Shown here: one piece after another, positions 28,177 through 36,666 of the stretch
Layout: each line of letters starts with the position of its first letter
Position numbering within the stretch: position 1 is the first letter of the stretch
Assembly (NCBI GenBank): GCA_012270135.1
Contig: JAAXIW010000239.1
Location: forward strand, 1-61,744
DNA: 61,744 nucleotides
Direction: 5' to 3'
Source of the DNA: Brevundimonas sp.
GTDB taxonomy: Bacteria > Pseudomonadota > Alphaproteobacteria > Caulobacterales > Caulobacteraceae
Program-made: the position numbers and the translations under genes
Notes under the pieces: generated by a model
What the model saw: only the letters and a program-made list of their open reading frames with translations
The model's database searches: none
What the model was told of the DNA's origin: nothing

Positions 28177-29097
28177 TCAGGCGCCTCTCGGTCGGATGGA
28201 GCCGCCGCTCCTCGGGGGCTGGCGGCTGGATTCCTGCGGCCCCTGGGCGCGGCCCGAGCCGCGTCCGCCCAGGGCGGCGGCGTTGGCGAAGTCGGCCAGG
28301 CCGGCGCTAGCGCCGCCGGCGATCCCGGCGGCGATGGCGGGGGTCTGCAGGAAGAAGATCGCGCCCAGCAGGCACAGGGCGATGAAGATCAGGCCGCCAA
28401 TCATCGGATCGGCGCCCTGGATCGCGCCCCATTGATCTCGCACCAGCGACAGCACGAGCTGGAAGATGACGATGATCAGGGCGAACAGGACGAGATAGTT
28501 CACCGCCTGGCTGAGCCAGCCGAAGAAGAAGCGCCGGGTCGCGTCGAAGAGGGCGCAGGCGATGAAGATTGGGCCGAGGGTGACGAGCAGGGCGAGGGCC
28601 AACTTGGCCACCAGCACAACGCCGAAGCCGAGGGCCGCGGCCAAGGCGCCGACTAGGAAGACCGCCGCCGACACCACATAAGGGCCGGGGTTGAAGGCCG
28701 ACGCGTCGCGCGAGATGTCCTCGCCCAACCAGGCGGCATAGGCGAAGAACTGGTCGAAGGCCGCGCCGACGCTGGGCGTATCCGCTCCGCTGACCGCGCG
28801 GGTCAGGGCGTTGGGCAGTCCGGTGAACAACGGCTCGGTGACGAAGGTGGAATAGGCCGCCGTCGTCGCCAGCAGATAGAGGAAGGCCAGCTTCAGCGAG
28901 CGGACCGCGAAGTCCATCACCGGTTCGCTGATCGCGCCGCGCAGGATGGCGACGCCGTAGAGCACGACATAGAGGACCAAGGCGATCCGCAGCGGACCTT
29001 CGACCTCGGCGATGACCGAGGACAGGCGGTCGCCGAGAAAGACGTTCAACCGCTCGTCGATGAAGTCGTAGCTGGGCTCGAAGACGCGGAAGCTCAT
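28177..29097 (-). CDS. virB6: VirB6/TrbL
   Basis: Polytopic membrane protein; LGPIFIACALFDATRRFFFGW; operon position. Confidence 0.9.
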   Translation of the reverse strand: MSFRVFEPSYDFIDERLNVFLGDRLSSVIAEVEGPLRIALVLYVVLYGVAILRGAISEPVMDFAVRSLKLAFLYLLATTAAYSTFVTEPLFTGLPNALTRAVSGADTPSVGAAFDQFFAYAAWLGEDISRDASAFNPGPYVVSAAVFLVGALAAALGFGVVLVAKLALALLVTLGPIFIACALFDATRRFFFGWLSQAVNYLVLFALIIVIFQLVLSLVRDQWGAIQGADPMIGGLIFIALCLLGAIFFLQTPAIAAGIAGGASAGLADFANAAALGGRGSGRAQGPQESSRQPPRSGGSIRPRGA

Positions 29098-29106
29098 GGC
29101 CGGTCC

Positions 29107-29322
29107 TCAGAACGCCTGCTCATAGGCGCGCATCCGGGCGTCACGCCGGGCCTCGGCCAGGCCGCGGCGCGCCGCCTCGCACTCCGTTTGCGTCCGGCCG
29201 GCGTCGCAGGCGGCCACGACCCGGGCCGCCGCGTCAGGGTCGGCCGCGAATTCCCCGGCCGTTCGGTCCGGCGCGCCGCAGCCGGCGAGCGCGAAGGCGG
29301 CGAGCAGGGCGATCCGCGTCAC
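29107..29322 (-). CDS. Entry-exclusion-like lipoprotein (EexN type)
   Basis: LAGC lipobox, two further Cys; located between virB5 and virB6. Confidence 0.65.
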   Translation of the reverse strand: MTRIALLAAFALAGCGAPDRTAGEFAADPDAAARVVAACDAGRTQTECEAARRGLAEARRDARMRAYEQAF

Positions 29323-30047
29323 TGGAAGGCCCTCTCGTAGACGCTCATGCGCGCCGTGCGGGCGGCTTCGGCCCGTTCCCGGGCGCGTTGCTCCTCCAGC
29401 CGGGCCTCGGCCGCCTGGGTCAGGGCCAGACCTTGCAGCCGCACCTGTTCGTTCTGGATCAGAGCCTGTTCCGCCGCGAGCCGCGCCTCCAGATCCATCA
29501 CCGCCCGGGCGTTGGGCGCGGTGTCGAGGGCCGAGCGCAGCGTCTCCAGACCCTCAAGCCGCCGGTCGGCGGCTCCGGCCACCGCCTCGCCCACGGCGAG
29601 ATCGCGCGCCGTGCGGGCGCCGGCGCGTTCGAGGCTGTCCCGGTAATAGGCGTTGGCCGGGCTCAGATCGCCCGTCGGCGGCGTGTACAGCCGGGTGTCG
29701 CGACGGATGGCGTTGGCGCGGTCAGCCAGGTCGCCGAGCGCGCCGAGGTCGCCGTTCGCCGCCGCCCGCATCGACCGCATATCGGGCAGGGGATTGCGCA
29801 CGGGCGGCAGGCCGAGCTCGCCGGCCAGGGCGTTGACGTCGGACAGGTTGTTGAGACTGTCGAACAGCCGCTGGCCCTGTTCGACCTGGGTCTGCAGCGC
29901 TTTCAACTGATCCAGGGTGGTGCGTGCCTCCTCGATCATCTGGGCGAGGGCCCTCGGGTCGTGGACGATCTGCTGGGCCCGGGCGGCCGGAGCGCCAGCG
30001 ACAACGAGGGCGGCGACGGCCGCGGCGGACAGGATTCGGGCTCTCAC
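29319..30047 (-). CDS. virB5: VirB5/TrbJ minor pilin
   Basis: Signal peptide, QQIVHDP, helical DLEARLAAEQALIQNE. Confidence 0.88.
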   Translation of the reverse strand: MRARILSAAAVAALVVAGAPAARAQQIVHDPRALAQMIEEARTTLDQLKALQTQVEQGQRLFDSLNNLSDVNALAGELGLPPVRNPLPDMRSMRAAANGDLGALGDLADRANAIRRDTRLYTPPTGDLSPANAYYRDSLERAGARTARDLAVGEAVAGAADRRLEGLETLRSALDTAPNARAVMDLEARLAAEQALIQNEQVRLQGLALTQAAEARLEEQRARERAEAARTARMSVYERAFQ

Positions 30048-32419
30048 AGGAACCTCCTCTGGTTATGGAAGGGGGCGCGCCATTGCGCGTAGTCGTCGCC
30101 CGCCTCGGCGCGCAGACGGTCGAGCAAGGCGACGGTCTCGGTCCGGCCGGACAGGATGGCCAAGGCGTCGTCCATGCCGCGCAGGTCGAGTTCGACCACC
30201 ACGCTGTCGTGACCCTGTTTGACCAGGAAGCGGTGCGACTCCGGGGTCAGCACCTCGCGGACGAGCCGGAACTCCTCCTGGGTCAGGCCGAAACCGTCGA
30301 CGTAGTCCCGGGCCTGGCCGTGGGCGTTGGGCAGGAAGATCTTGGTCGCGCACTGCTCGAGGATGGCGTGGGCGATGGGCGAGCGGAGCGCGTCGGCCGG
30401 CGACTGGGTGCCGAACACCATCAGGGCGTTCTGCTTGCGCCAGGTCTTGAGACCGTCCCGGGCGAGCTCGGTGAAGGCCGGATCGTCCAGCACCTTCCAG
30501 AACTCGTCGATGTCGAGCACGAGGCGTCGGCCATCGACGCGCTCGGCGATGCGATGAAACAGATACAACATCGCGGGCGTGCGAACCTCGTCATGGTCTA
30601 GCATCTGGGTGATGTCGAAGCCGGCGAACCGCGCCTCCAGGCTCAGGGCGTCCTCCTCATTGTCGAGTACCCAGCCCAGCGGACCGCTGCGCTGCCAACG
30701 CTCCAGGCGCGCGCCCACGCCCCCGGCGTCGCCCTGGCCGAGCAGGCTGCGCAGGGCGGCGATGGATCGACGCTCGCGAGGCAGGGCCTCCAGCGCCGCG
30801 ACGCCCTGATCGATGGCGCGCGCCTCCGGAACCGTCAGGGTTTCGTGGGGGCGGTCGACCAGGGCGCGGACGAGGCGAACCAGGAAGGCGCGGTTCGCCG
30901 GCGTCGGGTCGAGCGCCTTGAATGGGGCGAAGCCCGTCGGCTCGCCGTTGCGCAGGGCGAGATAGGTCCCGCCGCAGGCGCGCACGAAGATCTCGGCCCC
31001 CCGGTCCTTGTCGATGAACAGCTGCTGGGCGCCGAAGCGTTCGAGCTGGGCCAGCATGAAGTTCTGGACGACCGTCTTGCCCGATCCGGACGGCCCGCAG
31101 ATGAAGGTGTGGCCCAGATCGCCGACGTGGAAGTTGAACCAGAACGGCGAGCCGGCCGTGGTGCGCAGCACCGCGACCGCCTCGCCCCAGTGGGCGCCGC
31201 GCGCCTTGCCGACCGGATGGGCGTGGAACGGCGCCAGGGCCGCGAAATTGCGCGAGGTGATGGCGGCCGGCCGGGTGCGGCGGGCGAAGGCGCCGGGGAA
31301 CTGGGACCAGAAGGCCGCCTCCAGTCCGAGATCCTCCCGGGCCACGACCAGACCGGAATCGGCGAGAATGGCGCGCGCCTTGGATAAATGGTCCGCCAGC
31401 GCCCCCGGCGTATCGCCGTGCACGAGGATCGAAGCCTGGTGCTCGCCCATCACGAAGCGGTTGCTGACCAGGTCGTCGAGCGCGTCCGACAGGCCGGTGA
31501 TCTGAGAGGCCGCGCGGTCGCGCGCGGAGACCATCTGGTTCTGCTTGCGCTCCATCACCGTCCGCGCGGCGGCCTTGGACAGGAACGCGAAGGACTGGCT
31601 CGCCACGAAGCCGAAGCGGACGCTCAGCAGATCGTCCCACAGCCCCGGCCGGGTCGTCGCCGGATATTCCTTCACCGCCAGGACGCCGGCGTAGCGAGCG
31701 TCGGCGACGTCCCGCAGCTCCAGGGTCTCGCGACCGAAGATGACGCGCACCGTATGAACGGCCGCGCCGAGGTGGCCGAAGACGATCGGAACCGCCGAGC
31801 GCCGACCTGTCAGAACCAGTCGCATCACCTCCATCGGCTCGGAGAACCAGAGACCGTCACGTTCATACAGGCCGAGCCGGCGCGGCGCGTAGCGGTCGAG
31901 ATACTGGATCAGGTCCCGGCCCGCTTCCTCGATCCGCTGGAGGTGGGCGGTCTCGACCTCGGCGTCCGCCCGCCGCGCCGCCTTCAGGCGACGCGCCAGG
32001 GCCGCGGCGCGATCGCCCGCCTCGCGGCCGGGGTGGAGGACGAGGGTGACGAAGAGCTCATCGATCCAGAGCCGACGCTCCGCGACCCGATCGTCGTAGA
32101 GCGCGCCCAGTTCGCCGGCGAAGTCCGAGCGGAAGCCGGCGGACCGCTCGAGTTCGGCCGGGCGGCGCACCACATGGTGCCAGATCGCCAGGCGATCGTC
32201 GGCCAGATTGCGCCAGGCCTGGTTCAGCTTGATATGCCAGTCGTTCAGATCGCGCGCATCCGCGGTCTCGAAACTGGCCCCGTCGATCTGGAAAACCATC
32301 ATCAGGGCGCCGTTGTCGAGCGCCACCACGGCGTCGGAGACGTGGCGCGCGTAGGGCAGATGAGGCCGGGCGTCGGCCTCGCGCCGCAGGCGCATCGCGC
32401 TGACGCCGCCCTCAGCCAC
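30044..32419 (-). CDS. virB4: VirB4 ATPase
   Basis: HLPYARHV, GPSGSGKT Walker A, DKDRGAE, IDEFW, RKQNA; start is GTG 32419 or ATG 32395. Confidence 0.95.
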   Translation of the reverse strand: MAEGGVSAMRLRREADARPHLPYARHVSDAVVALDNGALMMVFQIDGASFETADARDLNDWHIKLNQAWRNLADDRLAIWHHVVRRPAELERSAGFRSDFAGELGALYDDRVAERRLWIDELFVTLVLHPGREAGDRAAALARRLKAARRADAEVETAHLQRIEEAGRDLIQYLDRYAPRRLGLYERDGLWFSEPMEVMRLVLTGRRSAVPIVFGHLGAAVHTVRVIFGRETLELRDVADARYAGVLAVKEYPATTRPGLWDDLLSVRFGFVASQSFAFLSKAAARTVMERKQNQMVSARDRAASQITGLSDALDDLVSNRFVMGEHQASILVHGDTPGALADHLSKARAILADSGLVVAREDLGLEAAFWSQFPGAFARRTRPAAITSRNFAALAPFHAHPVGKARGAHWGEAVAVLRTTAGSPFWFNFHVGDLGHTFICGPSGSGKTVVQNFMLAQLERFGAQQLFIDKDRGAEIFVRACGGTYLALRNGEPTGFAPFKALDPTPANRAFLVRLVRALVDRPHETLTVPEARAIDQGVAALEALPRERRSIAALRSLLGQGDAGGVGARLERWQRSGPLGWVLDNEEDALSLEARFAGFDITQMLDHDEVRTPAMLYLFHRIAERVDGRRLVLDIDEFWKVLDDPAFTELARDGLKTWRKQNALMVFGTQSPADALRSPIAHAILEQCATKIFLPNAHGQARDYVDGFGLTQEEFRLVREVLTPESHRFLVKQGHDSVVVELDLRGMDDALAILSGRTETVALLDRLRAEAGDDYAQWRAPFHNQRRFL

Positions 32420-32747
32420 GGGCCAGCTCCGTCGGACGGTAGCGCCGGATGAGAGGCAACGGTGTCGCCGAACTGCCGCCCCAGAGGGCGGCGTTGCGCG
32501 ACCGGCCCTTGGTGTCGACATAGACGAACAGCAGCCGGAAGGCGTTGTGATCCGCCCGACAGATCGCCCGGAACACCAGGTGCAGGGCCGGCGCGACGAG
32601 GAGATAGAGCAGGCTGCCGCCGACCAGGAAGACGACGCCCGAAAGGATGACATTCACGCCCATGGCCTCCATGGGGACGCCCAGGATCATGGCCGGTCGG
32701 GTGCAGGCCAGGAACAAGGGGTCTTCGGTCAGGCGCTCTTCAGCCAT
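32412..32747 (-). CDS. virB3: VirB3
   Basis: DPLFLACTRPAMILGVP, WGGSSATP. Confidence 0.92.
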   Translation of the reverse strand: MAEERLTEDPLFLACTRPAMILGVPMEAMGVNVILSGVVFLVGGSLLYLLVAPALHLVFRAICRADHNAFRLLFVYVDTKGRSRNAALWGGSSATPLPLIRRYRPTELARG

Positions 32748-32922
32748 GCGGGCCTCCGGCGGACAGGCGCGACAGGGCCAGGCCGATGGCGACGCCGGAG
32801 GCGAGGCCGGCGAAGATCTGGGCGAAGCGCTTGGGCGAGATCAGCTTCAGGCCGAGCATCAGGACCAGCGCCAGGAGCACCGAGGCCGATCCGATCACGA
32901 CCCAGGAGAGGGCGTCGTCCAT
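32740..32922 (-). CDS. 60-aa two-TM hypothetical protein between virB2 and virB3
   Basis: Start overlaps the virB2 stop (TGATG) and end overlaps the virB3 start; fills the gap exactly. Confidence 0.65.
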   Translation of the reverse strand: MDDALSWVVIGSASVLLALVLMLGLKLISPKRFAQIFAGLASGVAIGLALSRLSAGGPHG

Positions 32923-33221
32923 CAGGCGCCGCCCGTGATCAGATTGACGATCTCGGCCGCGCCGAAGACGACCACGATGCCGAGCACCACGATCGCCGCG
33001 CGCCGCAGGTCGAACAGGCCGAACATCCAGAGAATGCCGACGACCACGACCGCCAGGACGGCGAGCAGCCGCGCGGTGTTGCCGGTCAGCATGTCGACGA
33101 CGTTCTGAAGCAGGCCTTCGACGTTGGCGGAGGCGAAGGCCGGCTGGACCAGAATCAGGCTGGTCGCCAGGGCGATGGCGCCGACGGCGCCGAACCGGCG
33201 AGAGGAGATGGAGGCGGTCAT
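32922..33221 (-). CDS. virB2: VirB2/TrbC pilin
   Basis: Signal ending PAFA, two hydrophobic helices, VVFGAAEIV. Confidence 0.9.
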   Translation of the reverse strand: MTASISSRRFGAVGAIALATSLILVQPAFASANVEGLLQNVVDMLTGNTARLLAVLAVVVVGILWMFGLFDLRRAAIVVLGIVVVFGAAEIVNLITGGA

Positions 33222-33844
33222 TCAGAACTCCCGGTCTGGGTGGCGGTGAAGGTCAGGACCAGGCTGGTCCGGGCGCGCGCGAAGACGTCCCAGTCCGCCG
33301 CTGGCGCGGTCTGGACCGGGTCGGGCAGCGGCGCGGTCGCAAGGGGCTGGACGGGGCGCAAGGCCTGAACGCCGAGGCGGACGGCGGCCGCCTCGACCCG
33401 GGCGACATAGCCGTTGCGGAAGCCGCGCTCGGGATGACCGGTGTTGTAGCGGGAGAGGGCGATCCTCAACGTCGTCTGCGGATCGACGCCCTCGGCCGGC
33501 CGATAGCCCGCGCGAAGCACCTGACCGGCGGCGGCGAGGTTTCGGCAGGGATCGAAGGCCGCCTCGACCGACAGGCCGAGCCAGTCGAGGTTGTCGCTGT
33601 TGATCTGGGCGACGCCGAGATCGAGGTTCGCGCCTCGGGCCAGAAGGTCGCGCGCCACGCGCGCCGCCTCGGCGGCGTCGCGTGGCGTCCGCGCCGGCCG
33701 GGGGCCGCGGTTGACCCCGATGGCGTTCGGATTGAAGCGGCTTTCCGCATAGGCGACGGCCGCCAGGGTTTCGGGGGCCACATGCGGGGCGCAGGCTTGG
33801 GACAGGCTGAGGATGAGGGCGAGGTCCAGCAAGGGAGGCTCCAT
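33218..33844 (-). CDS. virB1: VirB1 lytic transglycosylase
   Basis: CAPHVAPETL, AESRFNP (catalytic Glu), DLGVAQINS, FDPCRNL, ALSRYNTG; start approximate. Confidence 0.92.
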   Translation of the reverse strand: MEPPLLDLALILSLSQACAPHVAPETLAAVAYAESRFNPNAIGVNRGPRPARTPRDAAEAARVARDLLARGANLDLGVAQINSDNLDWLGLSVEAAFDPCRNLAAAGQVLRAGYRPAEGVDPQTTLRIALSRYNTGHPERGFRNGYVARVEAAAVRLGVQALRPVQPLATAPLPDPVQTAPAADWDVFARARTSLVLTFTATQTGSSE

Positions 33845-33908
33845 CGTGAGCCCCGAGCAAAGCCGATGAGTCCCGGCCGCCGCGACCCGCGACCCTCCCG
33901 CCGGGCGT

Positions 33909-34169
33909 TTACGGTAGGAAGGTCCGGGGTTCAGGCGGCCGCTGGGCGGCCGCGAGCCGCGCCACGGCCTGGACGCGCGTCCGCACCCCGAGCGCACGGC
34001 AAGCGCCCATCAGATGTTCATCGACCGTGCGGGCGGACAGGCCGACCCTTTCGCCGATCGCCGCCGATGTCAGACCCTCGGCGGCCAGGGCAAGGCACTG
34101 CTTCTGCCGATCGGAAAGCCGGTCGAGCGTGGAGGAATCTGAAAGAGGGTCGGCGGGTAGCGGGCGCAT
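33909..34169 (-). CDS. Stand-alone LuxR-type HTH regulator
   Basis: LSDRQKQCLALAAEGLTSAAIG...RTVDEH...LGVRTRVQAV; no ligand-binding domain. Confidence 0.85.
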   Translation of the reverse strand: MRPLPADPLSDSSTLDRLSDRQKQCLALAAEGLTSAAIGERVGLSARTVDEHLMGACRALGVRTRVQAVARLAAAQRPPEPRTFLP

Positions 34170-34228
34170 CCGGTCATGAGGCGCCGAATGGAACCCTTGG
34201 ACCAGTCCGTAAGCCCGCCACCCGGGAT

Positions 34229-34729
34229 CTACGGTGCGCCCTTGTCCGAGCCGCCGTCGTCTCCGGTGGGGGAAACGAGCCGATGTCGCCGTTCCTCAAG
34301 CCAGGCGTCCGCCGCGCTCTCCCGGCGGACGGACTGCGCGGCCAGCTCGCGCAGGGCCTTGGTGAAGGTGTTGATGATGGTCAGGGACTCCAGCTCCGCG
34401 ATCGCGTCGCCCGCCTCCTCGTCGAACTCCTGCAGCACGACCGCGAGAATGGTGGCGAGCTTATTGTCGGCGCACCGCAAGGCGAAGGCGGGCGACCCGA
34501 GCGCCAGCGCCGCGAGGATCGCGTGGGGATCGCTGTCCGTGACCTCGGCGAAACGATGGACGCGCTCGATGTTGATGCGTCCGCCGCCGGACTCGAAATG
34601 CTCGTAGGAGCGCAGCGCCATGTTCATGGACTTGGCGACATCCGCCGCCCGCAGCCGACGATGGGTGCGGATCAGCCGAAGGGCGGTGGACAGGGTCTCG
34701 CTCTGGGACTGACGGTCGGCGCTCTCCAT
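34229..34729 (-). CDS. XRE-family HTH regulator
   Basis: LRLIRTHRRLRAADVAKSMNMALRSYEHFESG. Confidence 0.8.
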   Translation of the reverse strand: MESADRQSQSETLSTALRLIRTHRRLRAADVAKSMNMALRSYEHFESGGGRINIERVHRFAEVTDSDPHAILAALALGSPAFALRCADNKLATILAVVLQEFDEEAGDAIAELESLTIINTFTKALRELAAQSVRRESAADAWLEERRHRLVSPTGDDGGSDKGAP

Positions 34730-34985
34730 GACGTCGCTCTAACTCCGTTTCCGAGCACCGCGACTCGCGCGCACCGCACCCCTACTGGTTGAAAAATGAA
34801 GCAACCGTGCATCAAATGAAAGGTGGGAAACAAACGGGTCTATAAACCTTGTGTATTTGCGCAAAATATCTGCGGGTCGCACGCGAAATCTTTGCGGAAG
34901 TCGCCGATTACATGGTCGCATTCTCATCGCAACCCGAACTCGGCGTGGGTCGCGGCTTGAGCGCCCTCGCTGGGGGTTGGTCGTG

Positions 34986-35597
34986 ATGCGATCGCGAGAC
35001 CCCTATAACGACGCCCTGACCGCCTTGGCGGCGTTCGCCGGATCAGGCCGCTTCGGCTGGGGAGAGCCGTTGGTCGCCACCGCCTTGGCCGCCGAACTGG
35101 AGCTGTCCCAGACGCCCGTGCGCGAGGCCCTGGCCCGGCTCGCCGGCGAAGGTCTGATCGAACATCGCCCCGGGCGTGGCTACTACGCCCCCAGTCCCAG
35201 CGCCGACGACATCGTTGATCTCTACGAAATCCACCGGCGGCTGGTGCATTTGGCGATCGACCTTCTTGACGCCGCCGGAACGACTGTGGCGCTCCAGAGC
35301 GTCGGCGAGAGGAGCGAGGAGCGCTTCTACGCCGCCCTGGTCCGGTCGCCGGGGCGGGCGGTCTTGGCGCAAACCCATTGGCGCCTGACGCTGCGGCTTC
35401 GACCCATTCGGATCGTCTCGGCCGAATTGGCGCCGCCGGACCTGGCCTGGATCGTCGGTGTCGAACGCCACGTCGCGGACGGCGCGCTCGTCGCGTTGCG
35501 GCGCGAGGTCGATCTGCATCATCGAGAGAGATCGGCGCTCGCCACCGCCGTCGTGGCAGTCATGCGACAATCTGTCGAAAGTATAGGACAGATATAG
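34986..35597 (+). CDS. GntR-family regulator of the lasso cluster
   Basis: LAAELELSQTPVREALARLAGEGLIEHRPGRGY; GntR genes precede known proteobacterial lasso clusters. Confidence 0.88.
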   Translation: MRSRDPYNDALTALAAFAGSGRFGWGEPLVATALAAELELSQTPVREALARLAGEGLIEHRPGRGYYAPSPSADDIVDLYEIHRRLVHLAIDLLDAAGTTVALQSVGERSEERFYAALVRSPGRAVLAQTHWRLTLRLRPIRIVSAELAPPDLAWIVGVERHVADGALVALRREVDLHHRERSALATAVVAVMRQSVESIGQI

Positions 35598-35668
35598 TTT
35601 GAATATAGAGCCTCGCGGGCGCTGGCTTAGGGTGCGGGGCGTTTGGCCCCGTTCAAGGAGGCTACGAC

Positions 35669-35986
35669 ATGAAGACCAATCCCCTTCCGGGCCTGATCGG
35701 GCTCGGCTGCGCCAGCGCACTGACCCGCGCCGGCGGCGGCGTCGAAAAGATGGAGCTGATCCCGCTCTATTTCTACGACGACGCGTCCACGACCCAGATC
35801 GTCGGGCTCGGTTCCGCGGTGGAGCAGACCCGCGCCGACGGCCCGGGGCACAATCGGGAACTCAACCCGATCTACACCTACGTCGATCCCTCGGTCGCCC
35901 GCATCGGCGGGGCCGCGGAGCAGACGCGGGCGGACCAGCCCAGCGGCAATCGCGAGCTGATCCCGGTCGAGCGTTGGACCGCCTGA
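35669..35986 (+). CDS. Lasso peptide precursor with three tandem leader-core units
   Basis: AAGGAGG RBS; LIGLGCASALTR|AGGGVEKMELIPLYFYDD, IVGLGSAVEQTR|ADGPGHNRELNPIYTYVD, VARIGGAAEQTR|ADQPSGNRELIPVERWTA*. Confidence 0.9.
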   Translation: MKTNPLPGLIGLGCASALTRAGGGVEKMELIPLYFYDDASTTQIVGLGSAVEQTRADGPGHNRELNPIYTYVDPSVARIGGAAEQTRADQPSGNRELIPVERWTA

Positions 35987-36004
35987 GCGCGACGGCTCCG
36001 ACGG

Positions 36005-36032
36005 GGGGCGACGGCGGCGACGCCGCCGCCCC
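36005..36032 (+). promoter_or_regulatory. GC-rich hairpin between lasso A and B genes
   Basis: CGGCGGC-gac-GCCGCCG flanked by GGGG/CCCC; A-B intergenic hairpins are known in proteobacterial lasso clusters. Confidence 0.55.
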
Positions 36033-36036
36033 TGCC

Positions 36037-36666
36037 GTGCGCCTGTATTTCGCGCCGGACGTTCACCACGCCTGCGTCGGTGGTGACGCCGTCCTGCTCG
36101 ACGTGCGCGGCGACGGTTATCATTGCCTGCCGGACGGCGCCGCCCTGTGCCGGCGGCTCGCGGGAGGCGGTCTCGTCCGGATGAACGGCCCCGTCTCGGC
36201 CCTGATCGCGGCGGGGTTGATCGGAGCGGAGCCTTCGCCGAAGCCCCGGGTTCCGCCGGCTCGCCCGGTGCGTTCCGTGATCCACGCCGGAGGGCGTCTG
36301 GACCTGATGCGGGACCTGATCCCGGGGCTCTGCGCGATGCACGAGGTGCGGGCCGCCCGGCGCGGGGCCGGCCTGTCGCCTTATGTCAGTCTGGGCGGCG
36401 CCGAGCCTCGTGACGACCCTATGGCCGCGATCGAGGCCGGTCGGCGGTTCTGGACCCTGATGGCCTATTTGCCGATCGAGGGGGAATGCCTCGTCCGGTC
36501 GGCGCTGCTGGTCCGTTTTCTCCGGCGTCAGGGGCTTCGGGCCGACTGGGTGTTCGGCGTGCGCCTGTGTCCGTTCACCGCCCATTGCTGGGTGCAGGTC
36601 GGCGAGGTCTGTCTCAACGATGATGTGGAGCGGCTCGTGGCCTACACGCCGATCATGGTGCGATGA
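36037..36666 (+). CDS. Lasso peptide B protein (leader peptidase, transglutaminase-like, with N-terminal RRE-like segment)
   Basis: GTG start; DAVLLDVRGDGYHCL; catalytic ECLVRS, FTAHCW, CLND. Confidence 0.9.
   Translation: MRLYFAPDVHHACVGGDAVLLDVRGDGYHCLPDGAALCRRLAGGGLVRMNGPVSALIAAGLIGAEPSPKPRVPPARPVRSVIHAGGRLDLMRDLIPGLCAMHEVRAARRGAGLSPYVSLGGAEPRDDPMAAIEAGRRFWTLMAYLPIEGECLVRSALLVRFLRRQGLRADWVFGVRLCPFTAHCWVQVGEVCLNDDVERLVAYTPIMVR

Larger units (their letters stand above)
15600..34800. mobile_element. Conjugative element core (ICE or plasmid): leading region, oriT, MOBP relaxase, VirB/D4 T4SS
   Basis: Complete virB1-11/virD4, relaxase, mobC, oriT, ardC and TA system; true boundaries not visible. 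Confidence 0.85.

Noticed and set aside
35669-35986. Idea that the precursor forms a covalently linked chain of three lassos
   Set aside because: Each macrolactam needs a free N-terminal amine, so cleavage before each core is required and the units would separate
35599-36036. N-terminal 146 codons of the 355-aa ORF overlapping the lasso precursor
   Set aside because: Arg/Pro-rich shadow translation; B-protein similarity starts at GTG 36037 and the precursor frame has the strong RBS
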